64,000 bases of DNA from an uncultured Actinomycetes bacterium (GTDB lineage Bacteria > Actinomycetota > UBA4738 > HRBIN12): the NCBI GenBank assembly GCA_963704885.1, contig CAVPIB010000001.1:544001-608000 (forward strand), read 5' to 3'. Shown in pieces: positions 44,283-54,514 of this stretch; the stretch's first letter is position 1, and every line of letters starts with the position of its first letter. Under the pieces are notes generated by a model that made no database searches, had not been told where the DNA came from, and saw only the letters and a list, made by a program, of their open reading frames with translations. The position numbers and the translations under genes are program-made.

Positions 44283-46490
44283 GTGACGGTCGTCGAGCAG
44301 CCGTTGCATCGAGCCCTCGGTCTGACGGACGAAGAGCTCGAACGCATCCGTGCGACCCTCGGTCGTGACCCCAACCGCACCGAGTTGGCGATGTACGGGG
44401 CTATGTGGTCGGAGCACTGTTCGTACAAGTCGTCCAAGAAGTACCTGCGGATGCTCCCCACCGAGGGCTCGGCCGTGTTGGTGGGGCCGGGTCAAGACGC
44501 GGGTGCCGTGGATGTCGGCGACGGCATCGCCGTGGTCTTCAAGATGGAGTCGCACTCCCACCCGAGCGCGATCGAGCCCTACCAGGGCGCGGCGACCGGC
44601 GTTGGCGGGATCGTTCGCGACATCATCTCGATGGGAGCCAGGCCGGTGGCGTTGCTCGATCCCTTGATGTTCGGCCCGCTCACCGACGAGCGCAACCGCT
44701 GGCTCCTGGGAGGCGTGGTCGCCGGGATCGGCGGGTACGGCAACTGCATCGGGGTTCCTACCGTGGGCGGCGAGATCCACTTCGCCCAACCACACTCCGC
44801 CAACCCTAGCGTGAACGTGATGTGCGTGGGTCTGGCCCCGGCAGACGGCCTGATGACGTCCGCGTCCCACGAAGCGCACGCCGGCTCGTTCATGGTGCTC
44901 TACGGGGCGGCCACGGGACGCGACGGGATCGGCGGGGTGTCGGTGCTGGCGAGCGCAACGCTCGAGGAGGGCGCCGAGGCCTCTCGCCCAAGCGTGCAGA
45001 TCGGCGATCCGTTCGCTGGGAAGCTCCTGATCGAAGCCTCGCTCGAGATGGTCGAGCGCGGTTTGCTGGAAGGACTGCAGGATCTGGGCGGTGCCGGGAT
45101 CACCTGTGCGGTCAGCGAGTCGGCGGCCAGGGCTCGGATGGGCGCCGACCTGGACCTGGAGGCTGTGCCGCTCCGCGAGCAGGGGATGGAACCGTTCGAG
45201 ATCCTGACCTCGGAGTCGCAGGAGCGGATGCTGGCGATCGTGGCTCCCGACCGGCTAGACGAGGTTCGAGGCGTCTGCGAGAAGTGGGGTCTGGAGTCCG
45301 CGGTGATCGCCACTCTCGTTCCCGGCGGTGTGCTCACGGTCCGTCACGGCGAGCACTTGATCGCCCAGGTGCCGGCGTCCTCTCTCGCGGATGACGGACC
45401 CGAATACGACCGGCCTTTGGCGCCGGAGGACGTCCCCGAAACCCATGACGACCCGGCGTTCGTCCCGTTCGAAGGAGATCCGCGCGAGGCGCTGGTAGCG
45501 GTGCTGGCCTCCCCGAACATCGCGGACAAACGCTGGGTCTTCGAGCAGTACGACTCATTGGTGCAGGGCCAGACGGTGGCGAGCTCGGACTCCGACGCCG
45601 CCGTGATCCGCGTTCCAGGCACGCTGAAAGGGCTGGCCCTGTCCACGGATGGCAAGGGCCGGTACGGTCACCTGGATCCTTACCTGGGAGCGGCGCACGC
45701 GGTGGCCGAGGCCGCGCGGAACGTTGCCGTCACCGGGGCCAGGCCCCTCGCCATCACGAACTGCCTGAACTTCGGCAACCCCGAGCGACCGGTCGTGATG
45801 TGGCAGTTCGCGGAGACGATCCGCGGGATGCGGGACGCGTGCCTGGCGTTCGATACGCCGGTCACCGGCGGGAACGTCAGTTTCTACAACGAGTCGGGGG
45901 ACTCCGCGATCTGGCCGACGCCGGTGATCGGGATGTTGGGGCTCCTCGCCGACCACAGGCTGCGCGTGCCTGCGGGTTTCGAAAGCGCCGGTCAGACGAT
46001 CTGCCTCCTGGGCGAGACGTTCCCCGAGTTGGGCGGATCGGAGTTCGCCGACGTGGTGCTGGGCGTGGTGGCCGGCCGCCCTCCAGCATTGGATCTGGAT
46101 CGAGAGCGTGCGTTGCACGCTCTACTGCAGGAGGCGGCCGGTGCCGATCTTCTGGGCGCGGCGCACGATTGTGGCGACGGGGGGTTGGCTGTGACGCTCG
46201 CGGAGCAGGCGATCCTCGGTGGTCACGGGTTCGCGGTGACCATCCCCGGCGATCTCCCGGCTCACGTGGCGCTCTTCTCCGAGTCCGCGTCCCGCGCGGT
46301 CGTGGCCATGGCGCCGGAGCGGGTCGACGCACTGACGGATCTGGCTGGGGCGCTTGGGGTGCCGATCGCCACGATCGGGGAGACGGGCGGCCCGCGCGTC
46401 GTGTTCGATGGGCTATTCGAGACGACCGTCCATGAGCTCCGCGACGCTTACCAGGACGCGATACCCCGGCTCCTCGGCGAGCTCAGGTGA
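44283..46490 (+). CDS. purL: FGAM synthase synthetase subunit
   Basis: GTG 44283; WSEHCSYKSS, GAATGVGGIVRD, SESQERM, NFGNPE, GGNVSFYN. Confidence 0.97.
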   Translation: MTVVEQPLHRALGLTDEELERIRATLGRDPNRTELAMYGAMWSEHCSYKSSKKYLRMLPTEGSAVLVGPGQDAGAVDVGDGIAVVFKMESHSHPSAIEPYQGAATGVGGIVRDIISMGARPVALLDPLMFGPLTDERNRWLLGGVVAGIGGYGNCIGVPTVGGEIHFAQPHSANPSVNVMCVGLAPADGLMTSASHEAHAGSFMVLYGAATGRDGIGGVSVLASATLEEGAEASRPSVQIGDPFAGKLLIEASLEMVERGLLEGLQDLGGAGITCAVSESAARARMGADLDLEAVPLREQGMEPFEILTSESQERMLAIVAPDRLDEVRGVCEKWGLESAVIATLVPGGVLTVRHGEHLIAQVPASSLADDGPEYDRPLAPEDVPETHDDPAFVPFEGDPREALVAVLASPNIADKRWVFEQYDSLVQGQTVASSDSDAAVIRVPGTLKGLALSTDGKGRYGHLDPYLGAAHAVAEAARNVAVTGARPLAITNCLNFGNPERPVVMWQFAETIRGMRDACLAFDTPVTGGNVSFYNESGDSAIWPTPVIGMLGLLADHRLRVPAGFESAGQTICLLGETFPELGGSEFADVVLGVVAGRPPALDLDRERALHALLQEAAGADLLGAAHDCGDGGLAVTLAEQAILGGHGFAVTIPGDLPAHVALFSESASRAVVAMAPERVDALTDLAGALGVPIATIGETGGPRVVFDGLFETTVHELRDAYQDAIPRLLGELR

Positions 46491-47230
46491 TCGACGCCGT
46501 CACGTTCGATTATTGGGAGACACTCGTCTCCGAGGGTGCGGGCATCGACGCCGAAGAGGATGGGTCGATGCGCTCGCGCCAGCTCCGCAGCTGGTCGGCG
46601 ATCCTGCACCGGGCGGGTTTCCAGGTCGACGACGTGGCGATCGAGCAGGCGTTCACCCACAACTGGGAGGTCTTCCACGAGCGCTGGCACGCGAACGTGC
46701 AGCACGGTCCTCGGGAGGCGACACCCCTGATGTGCGAGTTCCTCGGCGTCGAGCCGTCACTCGAGATCTGGGATGAACTGGTGGAGTCGTTCGCCATCGT
46801 CGGCCGTGAGGCGCCCCTGCAGCTGGCGCCCGGCGTGGAAGAGTGCCTGCTCACCTTGAGGGCTTCCGGCGCGCGGATCGGGATCATCTGCGACGTCGGC
46901 ATGACCTATTCGCCGACGCTTCGCGCGCGCTTGGCCGACTTCGGCGTTCTCGAGCTGTTCGATCACTGGTCGTTCTCCGACGAGGTGGGTTGCTTCAAGC
47001 CGTTCCGCCCCGTCTTCGAGCATGCGCTGGAAGGACTCGGCGTTGAGGATCCCGGGCGCGTCGCGCACGTAGGCGATGGGCGTCGCACGGACATGGCCGG
47101 CGCACTTGCCATGGGCATGACCGCGGTGCGGTATACGCACTTCAACGATCCCCCGCCCGATACAGGTCCCGACGGCGACTTCGTGCTGGACGATCACGCC
47201 AAGCTCCCGGCGACCCTCGGCCTGGCCTGA
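46487..47230 (+). CDS. HAD-family hydrolase
   Basis: FDYWETL motif I, KP, HVGD..TD. Confidence 0.88.
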   Translation: MIDAVTFDYWETLVSEGAGIDAEEDGSMRSRQLRSWSAILHRAGFQVDDVAIEQAFTHNWEVFHERWHANVQHGPREATPLMCEFLGVEPSLEIWDELVESFAIVGREAPLQLAPGVEECLLTLRASGARIGIICDVGMTYSPTLRARLADFGVLELFDHWSFSDEVGCFKPFRPVFEHALEGLGVEDPGRVAHVGDGRRTDMAGALAMGMTAVRYTHFNDPPPDTGPDGDFVLDDHAKLPATLGLA

Positions 47231-47288
47231 GTTTCACGGATCGCCGCCCCTGGTCGTTGTTCGGGTGACGACCGCGAAGGAGGCGACG

Positions 47289-47411
47289 ATGATGCGCGTA
47301 GACCGATGGTGGCGGTGGCGTGTGGTTGAACCCGATCCCGAGTACGTCCGGAAGGTCGAGCGGCAGCGCTCGACGCGCACGCCACTCAGCCGAACCCCGT
47401 GGTGGTCGTGA
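47289..47411 (+). CDS. 40-aa Trp/Arg-rich small protein (below ORF-track cutoff)
   Basis: RBS AAGGAGG at 47277-83; MMRVDRWWRWRVVEPDPEYVRKVERQRSTRTPLSRTPWWS; GTGA overlap with the sigma start. Confidence 0.55.
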   Translation: MMRVDRWWRWRVVEPDPEYVRKVERQRSTRTPLSRTPWWS

Positions 47412-47881
47412 GCCGAACGCCCATACCTCCGTTCCAGGAATTCCTCGAGGCGAACCGCGCGGCCGTGTATCGGTTCCTTCAGGTGGCGGTGGGTCCCATC
47501 GAGGCGGACGACTGCTTCCAGGAGACGTTCATGGCCGCGCTGAGGGCCTATCCACGCCTGGAGGACGGCGGACGTCTGGACCGGTGGATCCTGAGGATCG
47601 CCTCCCGCAAGGCTATCGACCACCACCGCGGCCGCGGCCGGCGGCCGGCCCCGGTAGCGGAGATCCCGGACCGTTCGGTCCCGCCGTCCGATCCGATGCC
47701 TGACGAAGAGCTTCGGGATGCGGTCGCCTCGCTGCCGACGCGCCAGCGGGTGGCGGTGGTGCACCGCCATCTGCTCGATCGTCCATACGCCGAGATCGCC
47801 GAATCGATGGGAACGAGCGAAGAGACCGCCCGGGCGAACGTGTCGCAGGGTGTGAAGAAGCTGAGGGAGCTGATGAGATGA
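47408..47881 (+). CDS. ECF RNA polymerase sigma factor
   Basis: ADDCFQETF, WILRIA region 2; LPTRQR..YAEIAESMG..TARANVSQG region 4. Confidence 0.9.
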   Translation: MSRTPIPPFQEFLEANRAAVYRFLQVAVGPIEADDCFQETFMAALRAYPRLEDGGRLDRWILRIASRKAIDHHRGRGRRPAPVAEIPDRSVPPSDPMPDEELRDAVASLPTRQRVAVVHRHLLDRPYAEIAESMGTSEETARANVSQGVKKLRELMR

Positions 47882-48486
47882 ACACCAACGACCTGAAGCG
47901 CCTGGCCGGTCGAGTGGAGGCGGAACGGAACTCCCGAGCCGCCGCCGCGGCGATCCCCGACCTGGCCGCTACCGCCGGGCTGCTCGACGTCGCGATCGGG
48001 ACGGTGGACTCCCCGATCGGCGAACTCCGGGTGGCCGTCACGCCCCGCGGTCTTGCATGCGTGGTGTTCGACAACGAGGACTTCGATGGCGTGCTCGAAC
48101 GGATCGCGCGCCGGATCTCGCCGCGGATCCTGGAGTCGCGGTCCGCGACCGATGACGTCCGCCGCGAGCTCGATCAGTACTTCGACCGCGAGCGCACCAA
48201 CTTCGACATGCCGGTCGACAGGCGACTGATCCACGGGATCGCTCGCGACGTCTTGTTACAGACCAGTCGCATCGCGTTCGGCCGAACCAGCACTTACGGA
48301 GAGATCGCCAAGAAGATCGGCCATCCCGCCGCGGCGCGCGCGGTCGGCCGAGCGCTCGGCGCCAATCCGATCCCCATCGTGATCCCGTGCCATCGGGTGA
48401 TCGGCGCGTCGGGCAAGCTCACCGGATACGCCGGGGGTCTTGACCGCAAGGTCGCCCTCCTCGAGTTGGAGGGAGCGATCCTCTGA
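47878..48486 (+). CDS. ogt: Methylated-DNA-protein-cysteine methyltransferase
   Basis: ARAVGRALGANP, IPCHRV active site, GYAGG; ATGA overlap with the sigma gene. Confidence 0.93.
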   Translation: MNTNDLKRLAGRVEAERNSRAAAAAIPDLAATAGLLDVAIGTVDSPIGELRVAVTPRGLACVVFDNEDFDGVLERIARRISPRILESRSATDDVRRELDQYFDRERTNFDMPVDRRLIHGIARDVLLQTSRIAFGRTSTYGEIAKKIGHPAAARAVGRALGANPIPIVIPCHRVIGASGKLTGYAGGLDRKVALLELEGAIL

Positions 48487-48551
48487 GACGGACGGAGGGG
48501 CGCCTATCGACCCGCCGTCGGGTCACCGGCTGCTGCTAGGCTGAAGCTCTC

Positions 48552-49964
48552 GTGGGCGCCGAGTCACCGAAAGACGAGTGCGGGCTCTTCGGCATATGGG
48601 CACCCGGCGATGAGGTCGCCCGGCTCACCTACTTCGGGCTCTTCGCGCAACAGCATCGGGGACAGGAATCCGCCGGTATCGCGGTGAGCGACGGCACCAA
48701 CGTCTTGGTCTACAAGGATCTCGGGCTGGTCAGCCAGGTCTTCAACGAAGCCACCCTCACCACCCTGCATGGCGATCTGGCGATCGGTCACACCCGTTAC
48801 TCCACGACCGGATCCAACACCTGGGACAACGCCCAGCCGGTCTTCAAGACCGACGGGACGCACTCGGTCGCTTTGGGCCACAACGGGAACCTGGTGAACA
48901 CTCACGAGCTGGCGGAGGTTGCGGGCAAACGCGGCACCGCCACCACCGACACCGACATCATGACCACGCTGCTGGCCGAGGGGATGGGTGAAGGGGGACT
49001 CGAAGCCTCGGCGATACGGATCCTGCCCACCCTGGCGGGAGCGTTCAGCTTGGTGATCATGGACGAGCGGAGCGTCTTCGCGGCGCGCGACCCGATGGGC
49101 ATCCGACCCCTGTCGATCGGACGCCTCCCGAACGGCTTCTGCGTGGCCTCAGAGACGTGCGCCCTCGACATCGTCGGCGCCACGCTGGTGCGCGAGGTGG
49201 AGCCCGGCGAACTGATCCGGATCGACGACCGAGGGCTGCATTCCGTCCGGTTCGCCGGATCGCCTCGAGCGGCACTCTGCATCTTCGAGTTCGTGTATCT
49301 GGCGCGACCGGACTCCCGCCTGCGCGGAACCACCGTGTACGAGGCGCGGCGCGAGATGGGCCGACTGCTCGCCCAGGAGTCCCCGGTCGAGGCCGACATG
49401 GTCATCGGGGTTCCGCAGACGGGCCACTCTGCCGCGCAGGGGTATGCCGAAGTGTCGGGGATCCCGTACGGCGATGGCTTGATAAAGAACACCTACGTCG
49501 GTCGCACGTTCATACAACCCTCGCAATCGCTCCGCGAGCGCGGCGTGAAGCTCAAGCTCAACCCGCTGCCCGACTCGATCCGCGGCAAGCGGCTGGTGGT
49601 CATCGACGACTCGATCGTGCGCGGCACGACTCAGCAACAGGTCGTCCAGATGCTCCGCGAGGCCGGGGCGACCGAGGTCCACATCCGGATCACATGCCCG
49701 CCGATCAAGTGGCCATGCTTCTATGGGATCGACATGCCCACGCGACAGGAGCTGGTCGCCTCCGACCTGAGCGTCGAGGAGATCCGGCGGTTCGTAGGTG
49801 CCGACTCGCTCGGCTACCTGTCGCTCGACGGGCTGGTCAAGGCGTCCGGCTCGCCCAAGGGCGAATCGTGCCGCGCCTGCTTCGACGGGGAGTACCCCAT
49901 CCCGATCCCCGAACGCGCCGGGAAGTTCGTGCTGGAAGACCAGCTGAAGCTACCGAGCGCCTGA
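48552..49964 (+). CDS. purF: Amidophosphoribosyltransferase
   Basis: Propeptide then CGLFG, QHRGQE, HTRYST, VIDDSIVRGTT, Fe-S cysteines. Confidence 0.97.
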   Translation: MGAESPKDECGLFGIWAPGDEVARLTYFGLFAQQHRGQESAGIAVSDGTNVLVYKDLGLVSQVFNEATLTTLHGDLAIGHTRYSTTGSNTWDNAQPVFKTDGTHSVALGHNGNLVNTHELAEVAGKRGTATTDTDIMTTLLAEGMGEGGLEASAIRILPTLAGAFSLVIMDERSVFAARDPMGIRPLSIGRLPNGFCVASETCALDIVGATLVREVEPGELIRIDDRGLHSVRFAGSPRAALCIFEFVYLARPDSRLRGTTVYEARREMGRLLAQESPVEADMVIGVPQTGHSAAQGYAEVSGIPYGDGLIKNTYVGRTFIQPSQSLRERGVKLKLNPLPDSIRGKRLVVIDDSIVRGTTQQQVVQMLREAGATEVHIRITCPPIKWPCFYGIDMPTRQELVASDLSVEEIRRFVGADSLGYLSLDGLVKASGSPKGESCRACFDGEYPIPIPERAGKFVLEDQLKLPSA

Positions 49965-49981
49965 GCGTAGGTGGGCACGGC

Positions 49982-50986
49982 GTGAGCGACGCGTACCGCC
50001 GGGCCGGCGTCGATACGGAGGCCGCGGCGAAGGCGGTCACGTTGATCGCCGACCTCGCGGCACGGACACGCCGACCGGAGGTGGCAGATCAGGTCGGAGG
50101 ATTCGCGGGCCTCTTCCGCGTGGGTAACGGTCGACTGCTGGCCGCCGCCACCGACGGCGTCGGCACCAAGCTCGAGATCGCGCGCATGACCGACAGACTC
50201 GACACCGTAGGGATAGACCTGGTGGCCATGTGCGCCGACGACGTGGTGTGCACCGGCGCCGAACCGCTCTTCTTCCTGGACTACCTTGCGGTGGGTCGCG
50301 TGATCCCCGAGCGCGTCGCCTCGATCGTGGAAGGTGTCGCCGAAGGATGCCGGCGCGCGGGTTGCGCCCTGCTGGGCGGCGAGACGGCGGAACATCCGGG
50401 CGTGATGCCCGACGACCAGTTCGACCTGGCCGGGTTCTGCGTTGGAGCGGTAGACGAGGCGCAACTGCTCGGTCCCCATCGCGTCTCGGTCGGTGACGTC
50501 CTGATCGGGTTGGCCTCGAGCGGTCTCCACGCGAACGGTTACTCCCTGGTCCGCTCAACGTTGCTCAACCGGTATGGGCTGGACGACGTGCCGCCCGGTC
50601 TCACCCGCTCGCTCGCGGACGAGCTCCTGGAACCCTGCGAGATCTACGCCACGGATGTTCTTGCGCTCGCGCAGGATGGACTGGTGAAGGCGGCGGCCCA
50701 CATCACCGGTGGCGGGTTCCACGAGAACATCCCTCGGGCGCTGTCTCCCGGGACGGGCGCGCGGGTGTTCCGCGATCGCTGGGTGGAGCCACCGATCTTC
50801 GGCCTGATCCACGAAGTTTCGGACACCAGCAAGGACGAGCTCTTCTCGACCTTGAACATGGGGATCGGGATGGTCCTTGTTTCGGCCCCCGAGCACGGGG
50901 AGGAGATCCTGCGTCGCAGTCAAGGTCGGGCATCCGCGATCGGTGAGGTGATCGAGGGTGCCGGCGTGGAGGTCCTTTCCGGCTAA
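49982..50986 (+). CDS. purM: AIR synthetase
   Basis: AYRRAGVD, TDGVGTK, GGETAE, SSGLHANGYSL, HITGGG. Confidence 0.97.
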   Translation: MSDAYRRAGVDTEAAAKAVTLIADLAARTRRPEVADQVGGFAGLFRVGNGRLLAAATDGVGTKLEIARMTDRLDTVGIDLVAMCADDVVCTGAEPLFFLDYLAVGRVIPERVASIVEGVAEGCRRAGCALLGGETAEHPGVMPDDQFDLAGFCVGAVDEAQLLGPHRVSVGDVLIGLASSGLHANGYSLVRSTLLNRYGLDDVPPGLTRSLADELLEPCEIYATDVLALAQDGLVKAAAHITGGGFHENIPRALSPGTGARVFRDRWVEPPIFGLIHEVSDTSKDELFSTLNMGIGMVLVSAPEHGEEILRRSQGRASAIGEVIEGAGVEVLSG

Positions 50987-51141
50987 GGGGAGCTGACTAC
51001 CTAGACCTGGTCACGGTGGGCTACGTAGCCGTCCCCCGGGACGGCCAGATCCCTCTAGGGCCTAGGCCCTGGGTCTCGACGCAGAAGGGGCAGGCTGGCC
51101 GATACAGCCGAAGCTCCGAACAGCCGTACCTTCATTCAGGT

Positions 51142-51570
51142 ATGGAAGCCTTCACCCCAACCCTCGATCACAGCATCCTCGTCGTAGACGACGAGCCACA
51201 GGTCGTGTGGGTCCTGCAGTACAGCCTGGAGGCCGAGGGATACACCACGCTTTCGGCGCGAGACGGAGCTGCCGCGCTCGAAGCTGTGGACCTGTTCCAC
51301 CCCAAGATGATCCTGCTGGACATCATGATGCCCACCCTCGACGGGTGGAGCGTTCTCGAGGCCCTCGGCGAACTGCCGGCCGACGCTCGACCGAAGGTGG
51401 TTGTCGTTTCCGCTCTGTCGAGCCTGCGCGACCGGGCGCGAGCGGCCGAGCTGGGTGCCGACGCCTTCTGCTCGAAGCCTTTCAACGTGGAAGATCTCCT
51501 GGGCGTGGTGCAGGGGCTGGCAGATCTGGACGACCTGACGGACCTGCACCACCTGGACGACGCGAGCTGA
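51142..51570 (+). CDS. Single-domain response regulator (copy 1)
   Basis: VVDDE, LLDIMMP.LDG, KPF; no output domain. Confidence 0.88.
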   Translation: MEAFTPTLDHSILVVDDEPQVVWVLQYSLEAEGYTTLSARDGAAALEAVDLFHPKMILLDIMMPTLDGWSVLEALGELPADARPKVVVVSALSSLRDRARAAELGADAFCSKPFNVEDLLGVVQGLADLDDLTDLHHLDDAS

Positions 51571-51717
51571 TCGTGTTCGCCGGGCCAGCCCGGCATGACT
51601 AGCTCGGACTCCCCCAACGTGATGGAGGTTCAGGGCGTTCCCTAGTTCATGGGGTCACGCCCGAAACCGCCCACGCGACCGATTCCGCTTGCGCCGGAAG
51701 GGCCGTACCCTCGCTCC

Positions 51718-52107
51718 ATGACCGAACTCGGATCGCTCGGGACCAGTGTGCTCGTCGTGGACGACGAGCCCCAGGTCGTGTGGGTGCTCCAGTTCAGCCT
51801 GGAGGCGGAGGGATACACGACGTACGCGGCCAGGGACGGTCTCCAGGCGATGAGCGCGATCGCAGAGCACCACCCCAAACTCATGGTGTTGGACATCATG
51901 ATGCCGAGCATGGACGGGTGGAGCGTGCTCGAAGAGATGATGCTGCTACCTCGCGAGGAGCGACCGCGCGTGATCGTGGTGTCGGCGATGTCCAACCTGC
52001 GCGACAGGGCAAAGGCGGCCGAGATGGGCGCCGATGCCTTCGTGCCCAAGCCCTTCAACGTGGACGACCTGCTTGGAGTCATGCACGATCTCGAACGGGC
52101 GTCCTGA
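51718..52107 (+). CDS. Single-domain response regulator (copy 2)
   Basis: Same motifs; LVVDDEPQVVWVLQ identical to copy 1. Confidence 0.88.
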   Translation: MTELGSLGTSVLVVDDEPQVVWVLQFSLEAEGYTTYAARDGLQAMSAIAEHHPKLMVLDIMMPSMDGWSVLEEMMLLPREERPRVIVVSAMSNLRDRAKAAEMGADAFVPKPFNVDDLLGVMHDLERAS

Positions 52108-52131
52108 TCGTCTCCACTAGTCCGTCATAGA

Positions 52132-52536
52132 CTAGTGTACGAACCGCTGGTGCTCCTTCGTGACCACCGTGGTGCCCGCGGCTCGGCACGTGAGGATCGG
52201 CTCATCCAGGAACTCGGCAGCCGACTCGCTGATGTCTCCTCGCGGCCCGCCGATCTTCCACACTTCGAACTCGCACGTCCGGCTGGAGTTACCGACACGA
52301 ACTATCCGTCCGGTCGCCTCGATCCAATCGCCCGCGTAGAGCGGCGCGAGGAACTCGACCGACTCGTACGCGCGGAACAGACCCTCGTCCCCGTCGTACC
52401 GCATGGCGAGCTCGGTGATGAGGTCCCCGATGATCTCCAGCTGCTTCGCCCCGGCCACCAGGTTCCCGCCGTAGTGGGCATCCTCGCTGCTGAGGCGCCG
52501 CCGGATGGATGCGGACGGCAGGTCGTGCTCGGTCAC
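52132..52536 (-). CDS. kal: 3-aminobutyryl-CoA ammonia-lyase-like hotdog protein
   Basis: [31 protein letters not shown] match the Kal family. Confidence 0.75.
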   Translation of the reverse strand: MTEHDLPSASIRRRLSSEDAHYGGNLVAGAKQLEIIGDLITELAMRYDGDEGLFRAYESVEFLAPLYAGDWIEATGRIVRVGNSSRTCEFEVWKIGGPRGDISESAAEFLDEPILTCRAAGTTVVTKEHQRFVH

Positions 52537-52760
52537 GGTGTCTCCTCTGTGGGTGGTCCGATGACTTTGCCGTGGCGCACTCCGCGTGCCGGCACGCGCA
52601 CCACCTCCCCGGTCTTGCGACGAACGAAGTAGGTCTCCGCGCCCTGATCCCAGCGTTCGAATACGCCCACGGCCTCGGAGAGATACCCGTTCGGGAGCTC
52701 GAACTGGAACGTGACACGCATGCCCACGTCCTCGGGCGTTACCAGGTTGGTGGCAGGCAT
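52533..52760 (-). CDS. Small beta-barrel (SH3-like) hypothetical protein
   Basis: 75-aa ORF, -10-like TATCCT just upstream, stop overlaps kal start. Confidence 0.6.
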   Translation of the reverse strand: MPATNLVTPEDVGMRVTFQFELPNGYLSEAVGVFERWDQGAETYFVRRKTGEVVRVPARGVRHGKVIGPPTEETP

Positions 52761-52790
52761 GGCGCGAGGATACCGGACCGTTCGCCGGCC

Positions 52791-53582
52791 CTATAGGGGC
52801 GGGAGGCGAAGGCAGGCCTCTGCGGCCAGGCGGAAGAGCAGTTCGCGGCCGGAGGCGTGCTCATCCCACCCGCGCTGGTCCCAGCGGTCGCCGGAGAGAT
52901 CGTCGCCGGCATAGAGGAGCTGTCCGAACGACACACCCCGGAAGGCGGCGACAGCGAAGAACGCGGCCGCCTCCATCTCGACGGTCAGGCACCCTTCGGT
53001 CACGCGACGGTCCACCTTGCTGCGCGTCTCCCGGTACAGCCCGTCGGTGGTCCACGTCTTGCCCGTCACGAACGGCACGTGGTGGTGCTCCAGCGTTTGA
53101 ACGATCGACTCCACGGCCTGCTGCGTGGGTCGCACCTCCCGGCTCGGCGCGAGGTAGTGGTACGAGGTGCCCTCGTCGCGGACGGCCGACGTGGGGACCA
53201 CCACGTGGCCGAGCGCCACGTCGGGAACCAGCACGCCGGCGCCGCCGCAGGCGATGAACGCCCGACACCCACGCGCGATCAGCTCCTCCAAGAAGCCGGC
53301 CGCCAGCGGCGCGCCCACGCCCGGGTGCACGACCGTCAGCCGGCGTCCGTCGAACTCGAGCTCGTATACCGGATTCCGGCCGATCTCCGACACCATGTGA
53401 TCGATCGCTCGACCTCCGTGCTCGGCAACCACCTTCGTGATCACATCCTGGAAGAAGCAAAGGACCGCGTGCGGCGCGATATCCATCGGCTCGATCGTTT
53501 CGGACGGCTCGATGACAGCCGTCGCCACGGGGTCGAACTCCAGGATCGGAGGGCGCGTCGCGTCGGAAGTGTCTCCGCTCAT
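52791..53582 (-). CDS. Nucleoside phosphorylase (PNP/UDP family)
   Basis: [33 protein letters not shown]. Confidence 0.9.
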   Translation of the reverse strand: MSGDTSDATRPPILEFDPVATAVIEPSETIEPMDIAPHAVLCFFQDVITKVVAEHGGRAIDHMVSEIGRNPVYELEFDGRRLTVVHPGVGAPLAAGFLEELIARGCRAFIACGGAGVLVPDVALGHVVVPTSAVRDEGTSYHYLAPSREVRPTQQAVESIVQTLEHHHVPFVTGKTWTTDGLYRETRSKVDRRVTEGCLTVEMEAAAFFAVAAFRGVSFGQLLYAGDDLSGDRWDQRGWDEHASGRELLFRLAAEACLRLPPL

Positions 53583-54514
53583 CGCTGCTCGCTCCGAGAC
53601 GCAAGGACGGCCCCGGCGATCACCAGGCAGATCCCCACCACCGACAACGGGTTGATCTGCTCGTCGCGGAACACCACCCCGAGGATGAGTGCAACGACCG
53701 GGATGAGGTAGATCGCGAACGATGCGCGCGAGCCGACCCGCGACACCAGGTGACCCATCATCACGAACGCGATGCCGGTTCCGAGGATCCCCAGCGTGGC
53801 GACGGCCAGGACAGACGGCCACGCGAACGAGGACCCGCGGATCGCGTACAGGCCCAGCGGGGCCGTCCACACGGCGCCCCATCCGAGCATGCGAGCCGTC
53901 ACCGGGAGTGCGCCGTAGCGCTGCGTGAGTGGCGCGGCGATGTTGACGGCGAGCCCGTAGCAGACGGTGGCAACCAGCGCGAGGATCACGCCGATCGCTT
54001 CGCTCGATCCAGCGCTCAGCGAAGGGAGCGCGATGGCCGCGATCCCGAAGAAGCCGATCACCAGACCAAGCGACTGCGCTCTGCCGGGCCTCCGTCGCAG
54101 CATCAGCGAGCTGATGAGCACCGCGAAGATGGGGAGCGCGCCGTTGATCAGGCCCGCGAGCCCCGAGCTGATCCACTGCTGCACTATCGGGAACAGGGTG
54201 AACGGGATGGCGATCCATAGGACGGACAACGTCACGAGCCTGGGTAGATCCTCCCGCTGCATCGGCCGCCTAGCGGCAGGGACCAACCAGAGGGCGGACG
54301 CGCCCAGGAGGGTCCGCAACCAGGTGACCAGCCCGGGTTCGAAGGCATCCAACCCGATCGCGATGAGCAGGAAGGACGACCCCCAGATCGCGCCGATAGA
54401 CAGGAAGAGCGCCCAATCGGCTGGCGTGAACGCACCCGCATTGGTCCCGGCGGTCGTGGTGAGCACGCTCCGACGGGTGGTGCTCGGTCGGGGTGCGGCC
54501 TGAGGGTCGGTCAC
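53579..54514 (-). CDS. EamA/DMT transporter
   Basis: IWGSSF, two EamA repeats, about 10 TM. Confidence 0.9.
   Translation of the reverse strand: MTDPQAAPRPSTTRRSVLTTTAGTNAGAFTPADWALFLSIGAIWGSSFLLIAIGLDAFEPGLVTWLRTLLGASALWLVPAARRPMQREDLPRLVTLSVLWIAIPFTLFPIVQQWISSGLAGLINGALPIFAVLISSLMLRRRPGRAQSLGLVIGFFGIAAIALPSLSAGSSEAIGVILALVATVCYGLAVNIAAPLTQRYGALPVTARMLGWGAVWTAPLGLYAIRGSSFAWPSVLAVATLGILGTGIAFVMMGHLVSRVGSRASFAIYLIPVVALILGVVFRDEQINPLSVVGICLVIAGAVLASRSEQR

Noticed and set aside
50987-51080. Cluster of short palindromes after purM (GGCTACGTAGCC, AGGGCCTAGGCCCT)
   Set aside because: Short, GC-rich and not repeated elsewhere; no family can be supported
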